Of a stretch of 64,000 bases of DNA, positions 1 through 12,615 are shown in pieces. The translations under genes and the position numbers were made by a program. The notes beneath the pieces were generated by a model that ran no database searches, had not been told where the DNA came from, and was given only the letters and a program-made list of their open reading frames with translations. The stretch comes from Podarcis cretensis (taxonomy: Eukaryota): the NCBI GenBank assembly GCA_951804945.1, contig OX638149.1:139438001-139502000 (forward strand), written 5' to 3'. Within the stretch, counting starts at the first letter, position 1, and each line of letters opens with the position of its first letter.

Positions 1-231
1 CTGACAGTAGGAGTATGCTGAAGATAGACTAACATTAGGCATAGACTCACACATTAAATTTGCTTCTTTATTTTCCCCCATAGAACCATAACTGTTGCTA
101 CTCTTACATTTTACTAAGCACGGTCTTCTTCTCTGTCCAGAAAGATACAACTTGTCTCATGGAGAAATTAACAAATACCTTTTCTTCTTCTTAACTGTAG
201 AAGAACGTATTAACTGTTTCAGCTTGTTTTC

Positions 232-255
232 ATTTATTTATTTATTTATTTATTT
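232..255. repeat. (ATTT)n microsatellite
   Basis: Run of tttatttatttattta seen directly. Confidence 0.9.
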
Positions 256-1636
256 GACATAAAATAATGAGGTTGTCCATTAGAGATTAATGTGAATCTG
301 AAATAGAGAAAAAATTTAAGGCTCTTTCCACTGTACTAAAATCTATATTTTCCTAACCAAATTATTAACATCCTGAATACACTTGGCAACAATAATTTGT
401 TGTCCTCAAGTCACAAGCCCAATGTTGGTAAAAATAGTTATATTTGCAGATTTGATTCAAATTCCTGGCGACACATTTGGTACCCCAATTCCTATGAAAC
501 CTCTTGGGAGGTTCTAGATAGAGCAAACAGGTGGCATTTCCCCGCCAGGAAAACTCACTGTATATAAAATGTGTTCCTTTTTACACTGGAAACAAATTAT
601 AAACACGGCCTCTTTTGCCATAACCAAAATGAAAACAGGTTTTTTTTTATTCTTCCATTAGTCAAATTGAATCTTTACTGACAGGAATCTGTGCATAATA
701 TGCAAATTAAATACAGTGTAGGAGAAGGGCAGTGTTGAATCCTAGAAATCGTATGGGATTGCTTCTCAATTTCAAGCCCATCTGTACATGTTTGGAGATT
801 GTATCAAGGCTGTCTGGACTTGTGGAGAGGGGAGATCTAAATGTCTGGACTGAAATGAATCATGGCATGAATAATTACACCCCTAAGAAGGAGAGAGTAT
901 AACAGAACAGTGTGAGCAAGTATGAACTGGATGTTAGAAGAGGTGGATACATCCAAGCATCTAGGGTTGAGTATGACAGAAGTAGTTCAGTGGAAGTTGA
1001 TTTCACTATATATGCTAATTCATGGAGACAAGTTTCTGCCATTTGTATAGGCATTGGAAGAGGGGATGCATGAGAAGTAATTAAAACAACTGATGAAATA
1101 TAATGAGCAAAAAAAAATCTCCTCCATCATCAAAGATCTGGATTTCACATTTCTTTAAATTTAAGCCATGCACTCAGCATTATATAAAATCAAGATAATT
1201 AAAACTTGTTCTGTAGTTTGGTCACTCTGCCTGCTATCTTGCTGATTTTAGAGGTATTTTATTAATGATATCCCTGGAGAAAACTGTAGCAGCTTGGAAA
1301 TTGATAAAATATTAATGATGAACAACCAAAGGGTTGCATTTGGCTCCACTTTAGAAATGACTGACCTGAATGTTCTGTACATTTTACTGTGTTTTGCAGG
1401 GAGAATGTATTGCAAAAGTGTGCATGTAGTTCACGAGAGATGGGGGATAATGTAAGTGTTAATACTGGGATTTTTAAACAGGTTAACACCATGTTAAAAT
1501 GCAGTTTATTCAGCAAAGTCTTTGTCTCGGTCTTGCCTAACTGCTTGCACATATGAATTGCCTTCATGCGCAGCTTGTGACCTCTCAGAGGCATCTGGCT
1601 GGTGGTTGCTCCAAAATATCACAAGCATCATAGATA

Positions 1637-2148
1637 CAGTGGTAAGAAGCTGTGCCTTAGTTTTTGAACGTTCTGGAAGTTCCAGAACTGATTAAGTTTG
1701 GCACTTTTGTTTTTGCTACTTATTTTGTGTTTTTGTTTTTGAGGCTTTTTCAGTTAATTTGTTTTTGTGACTGTGTGGAACCCAGTTCAGCTACTGATTG
1801 ACCGACTGTGTGACTGCAGAAATAGATAAAAGCCCCCCCCCCCATCCAAACAATGACTATTATCAGTGCAGGTAAGAAAATAATAATAATTTTAATTTTT
1901 ATCATCTACAATACTGTCTTATTTATTTTATAGTACAGTACATTGATTATTGCTTTCATTTTATGGATCAGTGGTCTCGTTAGATAGTAAAATTCATGTT
2001 AAATTGCTGTTTCAGGGGTTGTTTTTAAAAGTCTGAAACGGATCAATTCATTTTGCATTACTTTCTATGGGAAAGTGCACCTTGGTTTTGAAATGCTTTG
2101 GTTTTGGAACGGACTTCCGGATTAGGTTTGAGAACCAAGGTGTCACTG
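1637..2148. mobile_element. Non-autonomous Tc1/mariner (Tigger/pogo-like) DNA transposon
   Basis: TA|CAGTGGT...(g)ccttagtttttgaac at the left and gagaaccaaggtgtcactg|TA at the right. Same terminal inverted repeat (TIR) type as the MITEs at 9447, 11872, 35112 and 60307. The left TIR appears to carry a ~10-bp insertion. Confidence 0.7.
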
Positions 2149-2216
2149 TACAGCCTTTTGGGAAAGGCAGAGCAAATTCTTCCTCCATGCCCCGCCTTTT
2201 TCAGTGAGTGCCTCCG

Positions 2217-2217
2217 T

Positions 2218-2277
<60 letters not shown>
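2217..2277. repeat. Compound (TG)n(AG)n microsatellite
   Basis: Seen directly. Confidence 0.95.
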
Positions 2278-2279
<2 letters not shown>

Positions 2280-2520
2280 CAGAATGAAAATGAAAATTAG
2301 TGTGTTGAAATAGTGAAGACCCAAGCTGGGCTGAGATATCTAAGGAGGCCTTTACAGTGTCAACCATGCACTATGGTACTGAAACTTAATACAGCATCAT
2401 ATACATACAAAAATTGTAAATAGCACTTCAGAACAAGCAGCAGAAGTTCTGGGGGAGTTAAAATGGAGTTTTCCTTTTGCACTTCTTGAGCACACTTAAA
2501 GTTCGGTGAGTTTGAAGCAT

Positions 2521-3626
2521 GTTGTTGTTTAGTCGTTTAGTCGTGTCCGCCTCTTCGTGACCCCATGGACCAGAGCATGCCAGGCCCTCCTGTCTTCCAC
2601 TGCCTCCCACAGTTTCCTCAAACTCATGCTGGTAGCTTTGAGAACACTGTCCAACCATCTCATCCTCTGTCGTCCCCTTCTCCTTGTGCCCTCCATCTTT
2701 CCCAACATCAGGGTCTTTTCCAGGGAGTCTTCTCTTCTCATGAGGTGGCCAAAGTCTTAGAGCCTCAGCTTCAGAATCTGTCCTTCCAGTGAGCACTCAG
2801 GGCTAATTTCCTTCAGAATGGATAGGTTTGATCTTCTTGCAGTCCATGGGACTCTCAAGAGTCTCCTCCAGCACCATAATTTAAAAGCATCAATTCTTCT
2901 GCGATCAGCCTTCTTTATGGTCCAGCTCTCACTTCCATACATCACTACTGGGAAAACCATAGTTTCAACTATATGGGCCTTTGTTGGCAAGGTGATATCT
3001 CTGCTTTTTAAGATGCTGTCTAGGTTTGTGATTGCTTTTCTCCCAAGAAGCAGGCGTCTTTTAATTTCATGACTGCTGTCACCATCTGCAGTGATCATGG
3101 AACCCAAGAAAGTAAAATCTCTCACTGCCTCCATTTCTTCCCCTTCTATTTGCCAGGAGGTGATGGGACCAGTGGCTATGATCTTAGTTTTTTTGATGTT
3201 GAGCTTCAGACCATATTTTGCGCTCTCCTCTTTCACCCTCAATAAAAGGTTCTTTAATTCCTCCTCACTTTCTGCCATCAAGGTTGTGTCATCTGCATAT
3301 CTGAGGTTGTTGATATTTCTTCCAGTGATCTTAATTCCGGCTTGGGATTCATCCAGCCCAGCCTTTCACATGATGAATTCTGCATATAAGTTAAATAAGC
3401 AGGGAGACAAAATGCAGCCTTGTCGTACTCCTTTCCCAATTTTGAACCAATCAGTAGCTTCTTGTCCCACATAGAGATTTCTCAGGAGACAGATGAGGTG
3501 ACCAGGCACTCCCATTTCTTTAAGAACTTGCCATAGTTTGCTGTGGTCGACACAGTCAAAGGCTTTTGCATAGTCAATGAAGCAGATTGTTTTTCTGGAT
3601 GTTTTTCTGGAACTCTCTAGCTTTCT
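2521..3626 (-). mobile_element. BovB (RTE-clade) LINE, 5'-truncated, ~1.1 kb
   Basis: ORF pieces translate to BovB RT C-terminal sequence (MAESEEELK..GLKLNIKKTKI..MVFPVVMYGSESWTIKKA..RRIDAF.LWCWRRLLRVPWTARRSN..MRREDSLEKTLMLGK). The (CAA)n-type 3' tail is at 2521-2530. Confidence 0.95.
2757..3281 (-). pseudogene. BovB ORF fragment (RT C-terminal part), ending at a premature TAA
   Basis: 174-aa ORF in the track. The in-frame continuation 2529-2741 resumes after the stop. Confidence 0.85.
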
Positions 3627-5341
3627 TGAGATGGTTTATTAGCCTGAGTGCCCAGCCATTTGAAAGTTAGCTGGTGTCTTAGTGTACAGAAATTCTTGAA
3701 ACAAGGTTAATTAAACATGTTAATTAAACAATTTTCTAGGCCTTTGTTAAATTAACAGGAGTTCAGGGTCATTCATACAGATTAGCATTGTGCCTTATAA
3801 CGTTTTGATATATATGGAAAACATCTGCTATTTAAAGAAAAGAGAACAACAGAATTCAAAGGTTGACCCACTTCTTTGAAGACTAACGGCTCATTTCAAA
3901 TTCTTCTGAACTCGCACCCTTTTACTGAGTGTTCAGCACTTGTTTAGTTTAGGACTGTTTGATCATTTAGCAAATTAACATAGTCTCGGCTTCTGAAGGG
4001 GATATGTTAGTCAAGCCAATTCAAATAACAAAAAAGCAAATGCTTTAGAAGCACTTACCTTTACTGACAACCCCCCCCCCCCCCCAAGACCCAGCAACTC
4101 CTTTTGCTGAGACTTTAACGCATTAGTAGGAGCTTTGGTGGTTTTGTGGCGCGGCAGCGGGCGTTCTGGACCGGCTAATATGTTGCAGCCAAGTTTCCAT
4201 CCACTTAGCCTGATCTCTGGCTGTGAGATCTACGAAGAAACCCTGGAGGGAGGCTGATTTCACAATCAGTTGATGAGATTGTCATTTTCCACTTAATACC
4301 CTGTTGTTATCTCTCAACTAATCTGACATGTGTGAAGCTCTGTCAAACAATCCATGGCTGTGGGGCATCTGTCCTGGGCATGTTAGTATAAAAAAGGGAA
4401 GAGTTGTTTAAAGGTAACTCATTCATGCTGAAGTTTTTGTTGTTGGAAAAACAAGGAGATATGATGTAGATGGATTGTGGCAGTTAGGATTCCTTTGGCA
4501 AGAAACCTTGTCTTGTGCATGGAATATACTTCACAGGCAGAAAACGATCCATTGTGCTGATTTCATCTCCCTTCATATTCACAAAATATAAAATGTTTGG
4601 AGAACTCTGCATATGCAAGGCAACCTGTTTCCATTGGGAGAGCTCCATTTTGAAAATGTAAATTGCATAATAAAAGGTAAGCACACTTGAACATGTGTAG
4701 AGGGCCTTTCTCTGACCACTGATGAGCAGCTCTCTAACTTGCCTACCTGCATTTCATCTTTCAGGGGAAGAAGTATGATTTCCAGGCAAGTTTCACTGTC
4801 GACATTTCTCATTTTCAAAACAAAAGAATAGCATAAGCTGCCCTTCCTGTTTCTGTAGCTTGGTAACTGGGCTCCTGTAAAATTAGGAAAGCAGGAAGAA
4901 TACATGAAAATGTTTAGAAACAGCTTCTGTGACTTCCTTCTCTGCTACTGTGTTCTTCTGCCTTGTATCACCTGGAGGCAAAGGGTGTGTTTATGGTCAG
5001 TGTGTGTGACTGTTTCAGTTAATGAAGAAAGAACAAATGACAATGGCCTTGCTTGCATGTCGCAGAAAGCCAAACCATGGTTTACCGGGAATTGTGCAAA
5101 CGTGTGGGCTGCTAGATAGGAGCTTGCAGCTGCGTTGCTGCTCTCGCTATTTCCTACTCCTGTGCCATGCTGAATTGAGCCAAGTTTTGGCTTAGCGTGT
5201 CCTCTGAACCTGAACTTCTGGTTATGTTTTCTTCTTGCTACCCAGAAGCTGTAGCTTTGGCCATAGCGATGTTCAAACAGAGCCTATGTCATCATGTTGA
5301 AGATCGGGGGGGGGGGCTGTTCTTTCTTTCCCTCCTTCCAT

Positions 5342-5344
<3 letters not shown>

Positions 5345-5418
<74 letters not shown>
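5345..5418. repeat. Compound (CT)n(GT)n microsatellite
   Basis: Seen directly. Confidence 0.95.
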
Positions 5419-5425
<7 letters not shown>

Positions 5426-6454
5426 GGTTGGGGAAGAGGGGGAATGGTACCATGGAATGATATTTTTGGAACATTCATTAATAATTCATTCATGAATAAT
5501 CATTAAAGTATCTGATTAAAATGTATGTCTGGCTTCAAAAGAAATGATCCGTAAAAGTTGTTTGTGTTTGTATAGTTCATTTACCACCCCCCCTCCTCAC
5601 CCCGTTCCCCCTGATTGCCTACATTGCAGTGGCACGAATTTTGTAGTTTCTACATGCTATGCATATATATGCTGTATTAAGCTTGATTGCTCCAAGTTTA
5701 TATTATTTTGTTTCATTTTTTATTTTCACTTGCATCAAACCATGTGACTTTATAAAGGTCCCCAAGATGGCCTATTGTAAAATTATGAAATATTACAAGA
5801 AAATACAAGAAAGCTAACAATAATGAATTTTTAAAGTTACAATTAATTAAGATAAAAATGTCTACAATAATAAAGTGAAAGGGGCAGAGGAAAGGAAGGG
5901 AGATAAACTTAAAGGTCTTTTTAAGTTGGCAGCTGCCCCACCTTCTATATGTCTGCAGGTTTTAAATTCTTCCCAGCAGGCGAGGGCAAGGCAGGTTTCC
6001 CTAGGGAGAGAATTAGAAAGAGAGAGTGCTGCTCGTCCCCATCACACTTACCCCAGCCAAGGAGAGGACTCTCGCTAAGTCCTTTGTTGGGAAGGACGGC
6101 TGCTGAGGGAGCGGGGGCACTCCCTTCCTTAGATAATCTGGGACACAGTCATTTGGTATTTTAAAGCGGGGCATCTAACCCCCAGCTCAGAGCTGGAGGG
6201 CTGATCTAGACACCCAAGCTATTTATTTATTTTTTACTCCAAAGACCCCACCAGTTTGGGTAGTGCAAATGAAAATTAACATGAAGGTAGACACAGGGCT
6301 GGGGTTGGCGGAGAGAGACGGGGGGTATGCAACATGCCACCTCCCTAGGAATCAGCTCAATCATTGGGTGAGGAAGAGGGGAGCAATGGTCCTCCTTTAT
6401 CTTCCCATATAGCTGAGGAGGAGAGCAGTGTGTTCTGTACATGTACTTGTATGG

Positions 6455-6708
6455 CAGGGGCGCCATCGGGGGCTGGGAGGCCAAGCCCCCCCCCCATTTT
6501 CCAAGGAGGGGGCGGGGCCCCTTCAAAATTCTGTAGCGACTGTGCACTCCATGCGGCATCCTTGCGTCACTTGCACAAGCCGTACGGTGTGCATGCAATC
6601 TGTCAGCATGTCAAGTGGGATGTGTGTGTGACGTCAGCACATTGCATGGCATGTGCGCAGGTTGTATTGTGTGGCCCCCTCAGTTGCGGGGGCAAGCTGG
6701 TGCGCTTG
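6455..6708. mobile_element. GC-rich non-autonomous hAT-like element (decayed)
   Basis: Starts CAGGGGCGCCA and ends CTGGTGCGCTTG. Imperfect 8-bp flanks ttgtatgg / atgtgtgg (6/8). Confidence 0.5.
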
Positions 6709-6865
6709 ATGTGTGGTGCATGTGTAAGAGTGTGAGACACACTCACATTTCAGCACACCCAGCACTGTCAGGCGGCCCCTGGAGAGTTTGGCTCTTAGGC
6801 CAAAAATGGTTAGCTGCTTCTGCTTTAAAGGTTGAGGTCAAGTCAACAGGTGCATTTTTGATGAA

Positions 6866-6955
6866 AGCAAAAGCAACAAAGAGTCTTGTGGCAACGTAAA
6901 GACTAACAAATTTATATTATGGCATAAGCCTTTGTGACTATAGTACACACCATGA
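6866..6955 (-). mobile_element. Penelope-like element terminal-repeat remnant
   Basis: caacaaagagtcttgtggca..aaagactaacaaatttat..ggcataagc.. resembles squamate Penelope terminal repeats (from recall). It is a diverged inverted copy of 8822-8895. Confidence 0.55.
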
Positions 6956-7209
6956 GACTCGTGGGGTGGGGTGGTTATGTGCAGATAAAGGCGCATGGGT
7001 GTAAAGGAGAAAAGAATTAAGTGGAGTTAAATGTCGACTGAATGTAAAAGTACAGTCTGTGGCAAGTCAATTACAGCTTAAATATATGCAAAACGATTTT
7101 TCACAGTAGCAGTAGCTGGGGATAAGACAATCACTGTAGCATTACTGAGTTAAGTGACAATACAATTAGAGATTAAATTATGTAAAATGGGCACAATGAG
7201 CTTAGTGGC

Positions 7210-7395
7210 AGGGGAACAGCTACAATTTAGTGGTAGAGTATCTCTGCTTTGCATTCAAAGGTCCCAGGTTCAATTGTTGGCATTACCAGGTAGGGCTGGG
7301 GATCTCCATTCTCTGGAACCCTCCAGAGCCACTGCAGGCAATCCTGAGCTACATAGACCAATGGCCTGACTCAGTATAAGGCAGTTTCCCATGTT
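7210..7395 (+). mobile_element. tRNA(Ala)-derived SINE with a CR1-type 3' tail
   Basis: A-box-like tagtggtagag, then tttgcat, then B-box-like ggttcaatt; tail ctgactcagtataaggcagtttcccatgtt. Confidence 0.7.
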
Positions 7396-8821
7396 AAGAG
7401 CAGCAGTGATTAGTGATCACAGAATCATCTTAGCCTTGTGCATCTCAGCTCAGTCCTCTGAGAAAGCCAGGAGAACCAACCTGTTTTTCCCCTCTTGCCC
7501 ATCACGATGACTGTGGCAATTTCTGTACCATAACTAGATATTCAGGTAGACTGATAAGAATAGAACCAGTTTCATCCAAAGGTGAGACCTTGGAGTTTTT
7601 GCCACATTCGCGTGATTACCTGGCTCCAATGTTAAGTTCAAATGATCCACTCCAGAATGAACTTGTGGATTACAAAATATGTCTCACAGGTGGTGACAGC
7701 CTGAACATGCAGCAACCACACATCTAGCCCCTGCCCCTGTAATGTCTACCAGGCATCTCTTAGACTTAGGCTGTGAGATCACAGTGCACTGGTTTTGCCT
7801 TCTCCCAGCACCACCACCAGCCAGCAATTCAGAGTAGAAGGACAAAGGATGTCGCAGAAGGGTTTGCAGGCAGGCAGTCATGCCTTCAGTATAGTGCCCA
7901 GTTCTGCCATAAATCACCACCACCAAAAGAACTCTGAGTCTTTCCCTATATACATGCCCACGTAAGGGGGCAGGAAGATGCCCTTGCAAGGATATTATAG
8001 TATGTTAAAGGAAAGACCAGGTTCTGCTAGAGCAATGCCACAACTTGGTGCCATGGCAGCCCTGTGGCTGGGGGATGGGGCAGTCTGAATATCCCTCTGT
8101 GGTTTGGATATATTAGCACCACTTTAAAGGCCTGCAGGATGCCACGCAGGTAGGCAGGAGGTAGGGGACCTTCTGTCCCTTTCCTGTCACTTTCCACCTT
8201 TCCACAGCGCAACTAAGTATTCAGACTAACTACAAATCATGACTCCTTTGGCCTGAGAACAAAAGGAGCACAGAGCAGTAAATAATTCCTGCCTGCCTCC
8301 AAGTGCTCCACTTAAACTCACAACTGTGAAATGCAGTGTGCTGGCGACCCAAAGACCCCGACAGGCGGTGATTGTGGATCTCTTTAAAGTGAATGATACT
8401 TGTTCCAAGTTCCTCTCATTCTTTTATGTGCCACCCCAGGTGGTGTCCTTTCTGCAGTCCTAGACACTGAGAGAATTCACCGCTGTCACTTTCCCCCTTT
8501 CTTGCCCAGCCATGTTCTGTAGTTCTGCCAGAATATGAGATTATAGCAGCTGCCACCCTTTCAATTTTCTTTCACTCTTTAGGCCAGATCTCTCACTTGT
8601 ACAATTTGCCATTTCCTCCTCTGAAACTAAATAACTAAGCTTAATAACTAAGGGCGGAGGAATGTAAACAATTTATCGATTATCCACTGTGCACTTTCCT
8701 GCTGTTCATTTCCCTCTGACCTCACTTTTTACAATTCCCTCACTCCTCCGTCCCACAAAAGGTGTTTGTGTCTGTACATGTGCTGCAAACACACACCTAT
8801 CTATAATTCAGGGTAGCATTT

Positions 8822-8895
8822 AATGCATCTGGTGAACTGGGCTGCAGTCTCTAGAAGCTTATGGTGCCATAACTTTGTGAATCTAAAAGGTGCCT
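8822..8895 (+). mobile_element. Penelope-like terminal remnant with an eroded hammerhead core
   Basis: gcat-CTGGTGA-actgggctgcagtctct-AGAA-GCTTA-tgg..tgtgaatctaaaaggtgcc. Inverted partner at 6866-6955. Confidence 0.5.
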
Positions 8896-9367
8896 TTTTT
8901 ACTGCTGGAACATGCAGAACGCAGTTCTGACACCTCTCAGGTGGGCCAGCTTCCTGACGATGATAGTGCTGCTTGTTTACAAAAACTAGCCCCAAAATGG
9001 TCGGTGAGAGCAAAGGATTGAGGCATGCGCTGCAGCAGGGGGGGGGGCACTCCAGCTGCCTTCCGATGCAGAGAAGCAGCTGTTGAGGCTTGCCCCTCGG
9101 GGCACCTGCGCAGTTCAGGCCAGACTGGCACCAGGGCGCAGGCTTGGAGGACGGAGGGTGAAAGTGGCAGTGCCCGGCTGCTGCCGTGGCCATGCACAAT
9201 GCAGAGGATTTGTACTGCATGGCGGTGCCCGCCCAGTATCACTGCTTGGGATGCTTAGCGCACTGAGTTGCCCACGGAGAAATGAGGGCATAAAACAGCA
9301 GAATCTCAAGTTGCAGCCCAGAAAAGTATGTGCGTGCCTTACTCCCCATTAATGGGTGAAAGCCCGG
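8890..9367. mobile_element. GC-rich decayed DNA-transposon-like insert
   Basis: Abrupt GC-rich block starting ggtgccttttttactgctggaac..gcagttctgacacctc and ending ..gaaagcccgg. No clean TSD. Confidence 0.35.
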
Positions 9368-9446
9368 GGGTTATTTAAATCCCCTTATAAGATAGTGTGG
9401 CCCATCATCTGGTCATGTGATTGTGGTTTCAAAAGCACTGCTTATA

Positions 9447-9698
9447 CAGTGGTACCTCGGTTTAAGAACAGCTTAGTTTATGAACAACGTGGATTAAGAA
9501 CGCTGGAAACCCGGAAGTAGGTGTTTTGGTTTGTGAACTTTGCCTTGGGAGCAGAACATGTTTCGCTTCCTATTGAGTGTGTTCTGTTTTTAAACTGAGT
9601 CTCCTGCTGCTATGGGAAAGCACACCTTGATTTAAGAACACTTTGGTTTAAGAACGGACTTCTGGAACAGATTAAGTTCCTAAACCAAGATACCACTG
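9447..9698. mobile_element. Tc1/mariner-type MITE
   Basis: TA|CAGTGGTACCTCGGTTTAAGAAC ... GTTCCTAAACCAAGATACCACTG|TA. Confidence 0.9.
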
Positions 9699-9989
9699 TA
9701 CTACAAAACACAAACATGGCTAACTCCTCTAGAAAGAATATGTTAATGCTCTCAAAGAACTACAAGCATTTCTCATACATCATATTCTTTTCAATAATTC
9801 TTGATCAGTATTATTTTGCCCGTAAGGAAGATAGCGGATAAAGAGTGGCTTGCCTAAGGTCACTCAATGCACAGTGATTTCATTCCAGAAGCAAGTTTTT
9901 GACTTCTTAAGTCATGGTTCAACCTTTTGGCCACTATACAAGCCCTTAAATCACTGTAGGGTATTTATTTTTACTAATAAGAATATTAA

Positions 9990-10110
9990 TTAATGAATTA
10001 AATTTGTATACCACCCTTCATCCATAGATCTCAGGGTGGTTCACAACATAAAAATACAAGAGGAAAACAAAAAATACATAATAAAAACAAGTTCAAGAAC
10101 AAAACAATCA
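9990..10110 (-). mobile_element. L2 LINE 3' end remnant
   Basis: aaatttgtataccacccttcatccatagatctcagggtggttcacaacataaaataca is the reverse complement of the L2-type 3' end at ~45580-45650. Confidence 0.65.
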
Positions 10111-10230
10111 CCTGCCTTCTGTGTGCAGAAGATCCTGTTTGATGACAGCATCAGGTGGTTGTAATAGATGTTCCTTTCTAAGCAATTTAATATCACAATT
10201 ATTTCATAATTTTTCTCCATTACCCAGCCC

Positions 10231-10307
10231 GTTGTTGTTTAGTCGTTTAGTCGTGTCTGACTCTTCGTGACCTCATGGACCAGAGCATGCCAGGCACTTC
10301 TGTCTCC
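10231..10307 (-). mobile_element. BovB 3'-terminal stub (~77 bp)
   Basis: Near-identical to 2521-2595. TSD ttacccagccc at 10220-10230 and 10308-10318. Confidence 0.9.
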
Positions 10308-10789
10308 TTACCCAGCCCACTTTATTGCAAATCAGAAGCAGTTTTAGTTCATCCATACTTCTTCCCATGTCACAGCTCCTGTTAAAATTGCAACGCATCC
10401 AACTGTTTCTGGTGACTTGATCAATCACCTGCCATGTGCTGATCATGCATTTAGACAAGAAACTGGGTACTGTACTTGTCACCCTCCAGGTGTTGTTAGC
10501 TGCAACCAGCATAGTCAGTTGGAGTGCAACAGCATTTACAGATTCTCCATCCCTAATTTAGACAAATGCAGATCTCATTCAAACATTACAGTGATTACCA
10601 TAAAAGATACATAGAAGGTATGTTGCCACATTTTTTCTGTTTTCAGTGCCAGTGTGAGTAGCCCTGTGTCTGGATGTTGTGAGCTGTTTGCAGAATCTAA
10701 TCTTTGCAGATTCCAGTACAAATGAACAAGATCCACACCTCCAGGGCCACTGTGTGAATTTGCAGCCGCCCATTAGATTTTGCACTTCT

Positions 10790-11070
10790 TCAAATATATT
10801 GCAACAAACTACTTGGCTTATTTACAGTATTTATTTTTAGAAATGTTTAAAAATGCATGTTTTGGCAGGAAATCATGTTTAGAAATGCATATTTTAAGGT
10901 AAAATATTGTATTACATATTTAAATATGTATTTAAATGCAAACTTTCATGAAGATGTTTGAAGGGGGGAAAAAGATTCACAGATGCTTGTAGAAGTGGGT
11001 CAAGATAGACTTATGGGGAAATATATCCACAACTCACGCGGAATGGAAAAAGACTGTTCTGCCCATCCTT
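10790..11070 (-). repeat. Old AT-rich interspersed repeat (TAGGGATG-terminated family)
   Basis: Internal aaatgcatatttt-type repeats and a terminal cccatcctta. Related to 29125-29508 and 48292-48700. Confidence 0.45.
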
Positions 11071-11871
11071 AGATCTGTGCAAGAGGTCTCAGATTGCTTT
11101 CTCGTAAGGACAAACACCTACTATCACATTTAAAGCTTTTAAACTTTTACTTAAACACAAGAGAAGAAGAAAAAACCCAGGAAAATGTTTCCAACTTGAT
11201 AGAATTAAACGAGTGTTTCATTTGAACGCTTTCCCCCACCTTGCAACCATTATACCGTAATACGGGGAAGTCCTATGTGACAGTCTCTGATGTATTAAGT
11301 GTCATTTGGGGAAGAAGAGAAAATTAGTTTAGATGTCCTTGAGTTGTTATTAACGTTGAAGTCCAATCTTATTTCCTTTAATACAAAACAAGTCAAACAT
11401 ACAAAACAAGGGAGAGAGGGGAGGAAAAACCCAGAGTAAAAATGAAGCAGCTGCCTCTGGTCCATTTCTTTAATGACAGGCTGGCACTGCTTTGGGGATA
11501 GCAGCACACCACTCAGTCCCAGGGCTGAACTGGAAGGGAATCAATTCTTTAGTTAACATTTTACATAACGGTACTTAGCTTAGATAATGTAGCTTTTTTT
11601 TTTTTAACCTTACTGGTTTCTGCTTAATTGAAGGGCTCAGTGCAAAACAAAAGGAACTGCAGACATATATAAAAAAATGCTTAGAAATTTAACAGCAAAT
11701 GTCGTTTCTTGGCAGTGCAAATGTATAATAACTGTTCTTAAAACACTAAGAATTGGAGCTGTCTTTTTATAGCTTCAGCCTTCTTGAACCACAGTCCAGT
11801 TCAATTGCTACAGAATGGCTTTGTGGATAAGATACCAAACATGGACATGCAACCATGTGAAATTCTCAATA

Positions 11872-12117
11872 CAGTGGTACCTTGGGTTACAGATGCTTCA
11901 GGTTACAGACACTTCAGGTTACAGGCTCCACTAAACCAGAAATAGTACCTCGGGTTAAGAACTTTGCTTCAGGATGAGAACAGAAATTGTGCTGCAGCAG
12001 CACGGCAGCAGCAGGAGGCCCCATTAGCTAAAGTGGTACCTCAGGTTAAGAACAGTTTCAGGTTATGAATGGACCTCTAGAACGAATTAAGTAAGTTCTT
12101 ATCCTGAGGTACCACTG
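11872..12117. mobile_element. Tc1/mariner-type MITE
   Basis: TA|CAGTGGTACCTTGGG ... CCTGAGGTACCACTG|TA with internal tcaggttacag repeats. Same family as 35112 and 60307. Confidence 0.92.
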
Positions 12118-12342
12118 TAGTTGTATATGTCCTGAAAGCCTTTGTCGGAGGAGGAGACTGTTTTAAAACGTCGTTACTTTAAACAACAAGAGCTGGTATA
12201 AATAAACATTATTTAACAAAATTGTACTGTTAAAACGGAAAGGGATCAGACCAGCACAAGAGGTGTTGAAATTTTGGGAGGTTGGAAAGTTTCAATGGAA
12301 TGGTCTTGGGGGTAGAGTGTATTTATTTATGATTATTACTTT

Positions 12343-12374
<32 letters not shown>
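12343..12374. repeat. (GTA)n microsatellite
   Basis: Seen directly. Confidence 0.95.
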
Positions 12375-12375
<1 letters not shown>

Positions 12376-12489
12376 ATGGAAGAACGAATGACAACAATGG
12401 CAGCAGTTGCAGCTGCCAGGAAGCATCCCGTTGCCTCTCCATGGCTTCTGCTGCTGCCTCCTCAATTGGGCAGCTCATAGCAGCTGTTG

Positions 12490-12615
12490 GAGAGCGGGCA
12501 GGGAGGAGGAGGAGAAGAGCTCCCCCCCCCCCCGTGTGATGCACCAGCTTTGAGGGGCAGGACGAGGGGAGGGCGCCTGGGTGGGAGGAAAGGAGGGGCG
12601 GAGGCGGAGCACAAG
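12490..12615. promoter_or_regulatory. GC-rich, GC-box-containing segment (possible promoter/enhancer)
   Basis: GGGGCGGAGGCGGAG at ~12595-12610 and G-rich purine runs. No TIR or TSD found around it. Confidence 0.25.

Noticed and set aside
2058-2367. ORFs with SLSLSL / HTHTHT / CVCVCV runs (also 5197-5506, 36926-37233, 40590-40940)
   Set aside because: Translations of microsatellites.
4715-4745. Other CTGATGA occurrences (also ~1090, 19262, 28403, 28872, 42452, 53674) as hammerhead cores
   Set aside because: No correctly spaced GAAA and no supporting stems.
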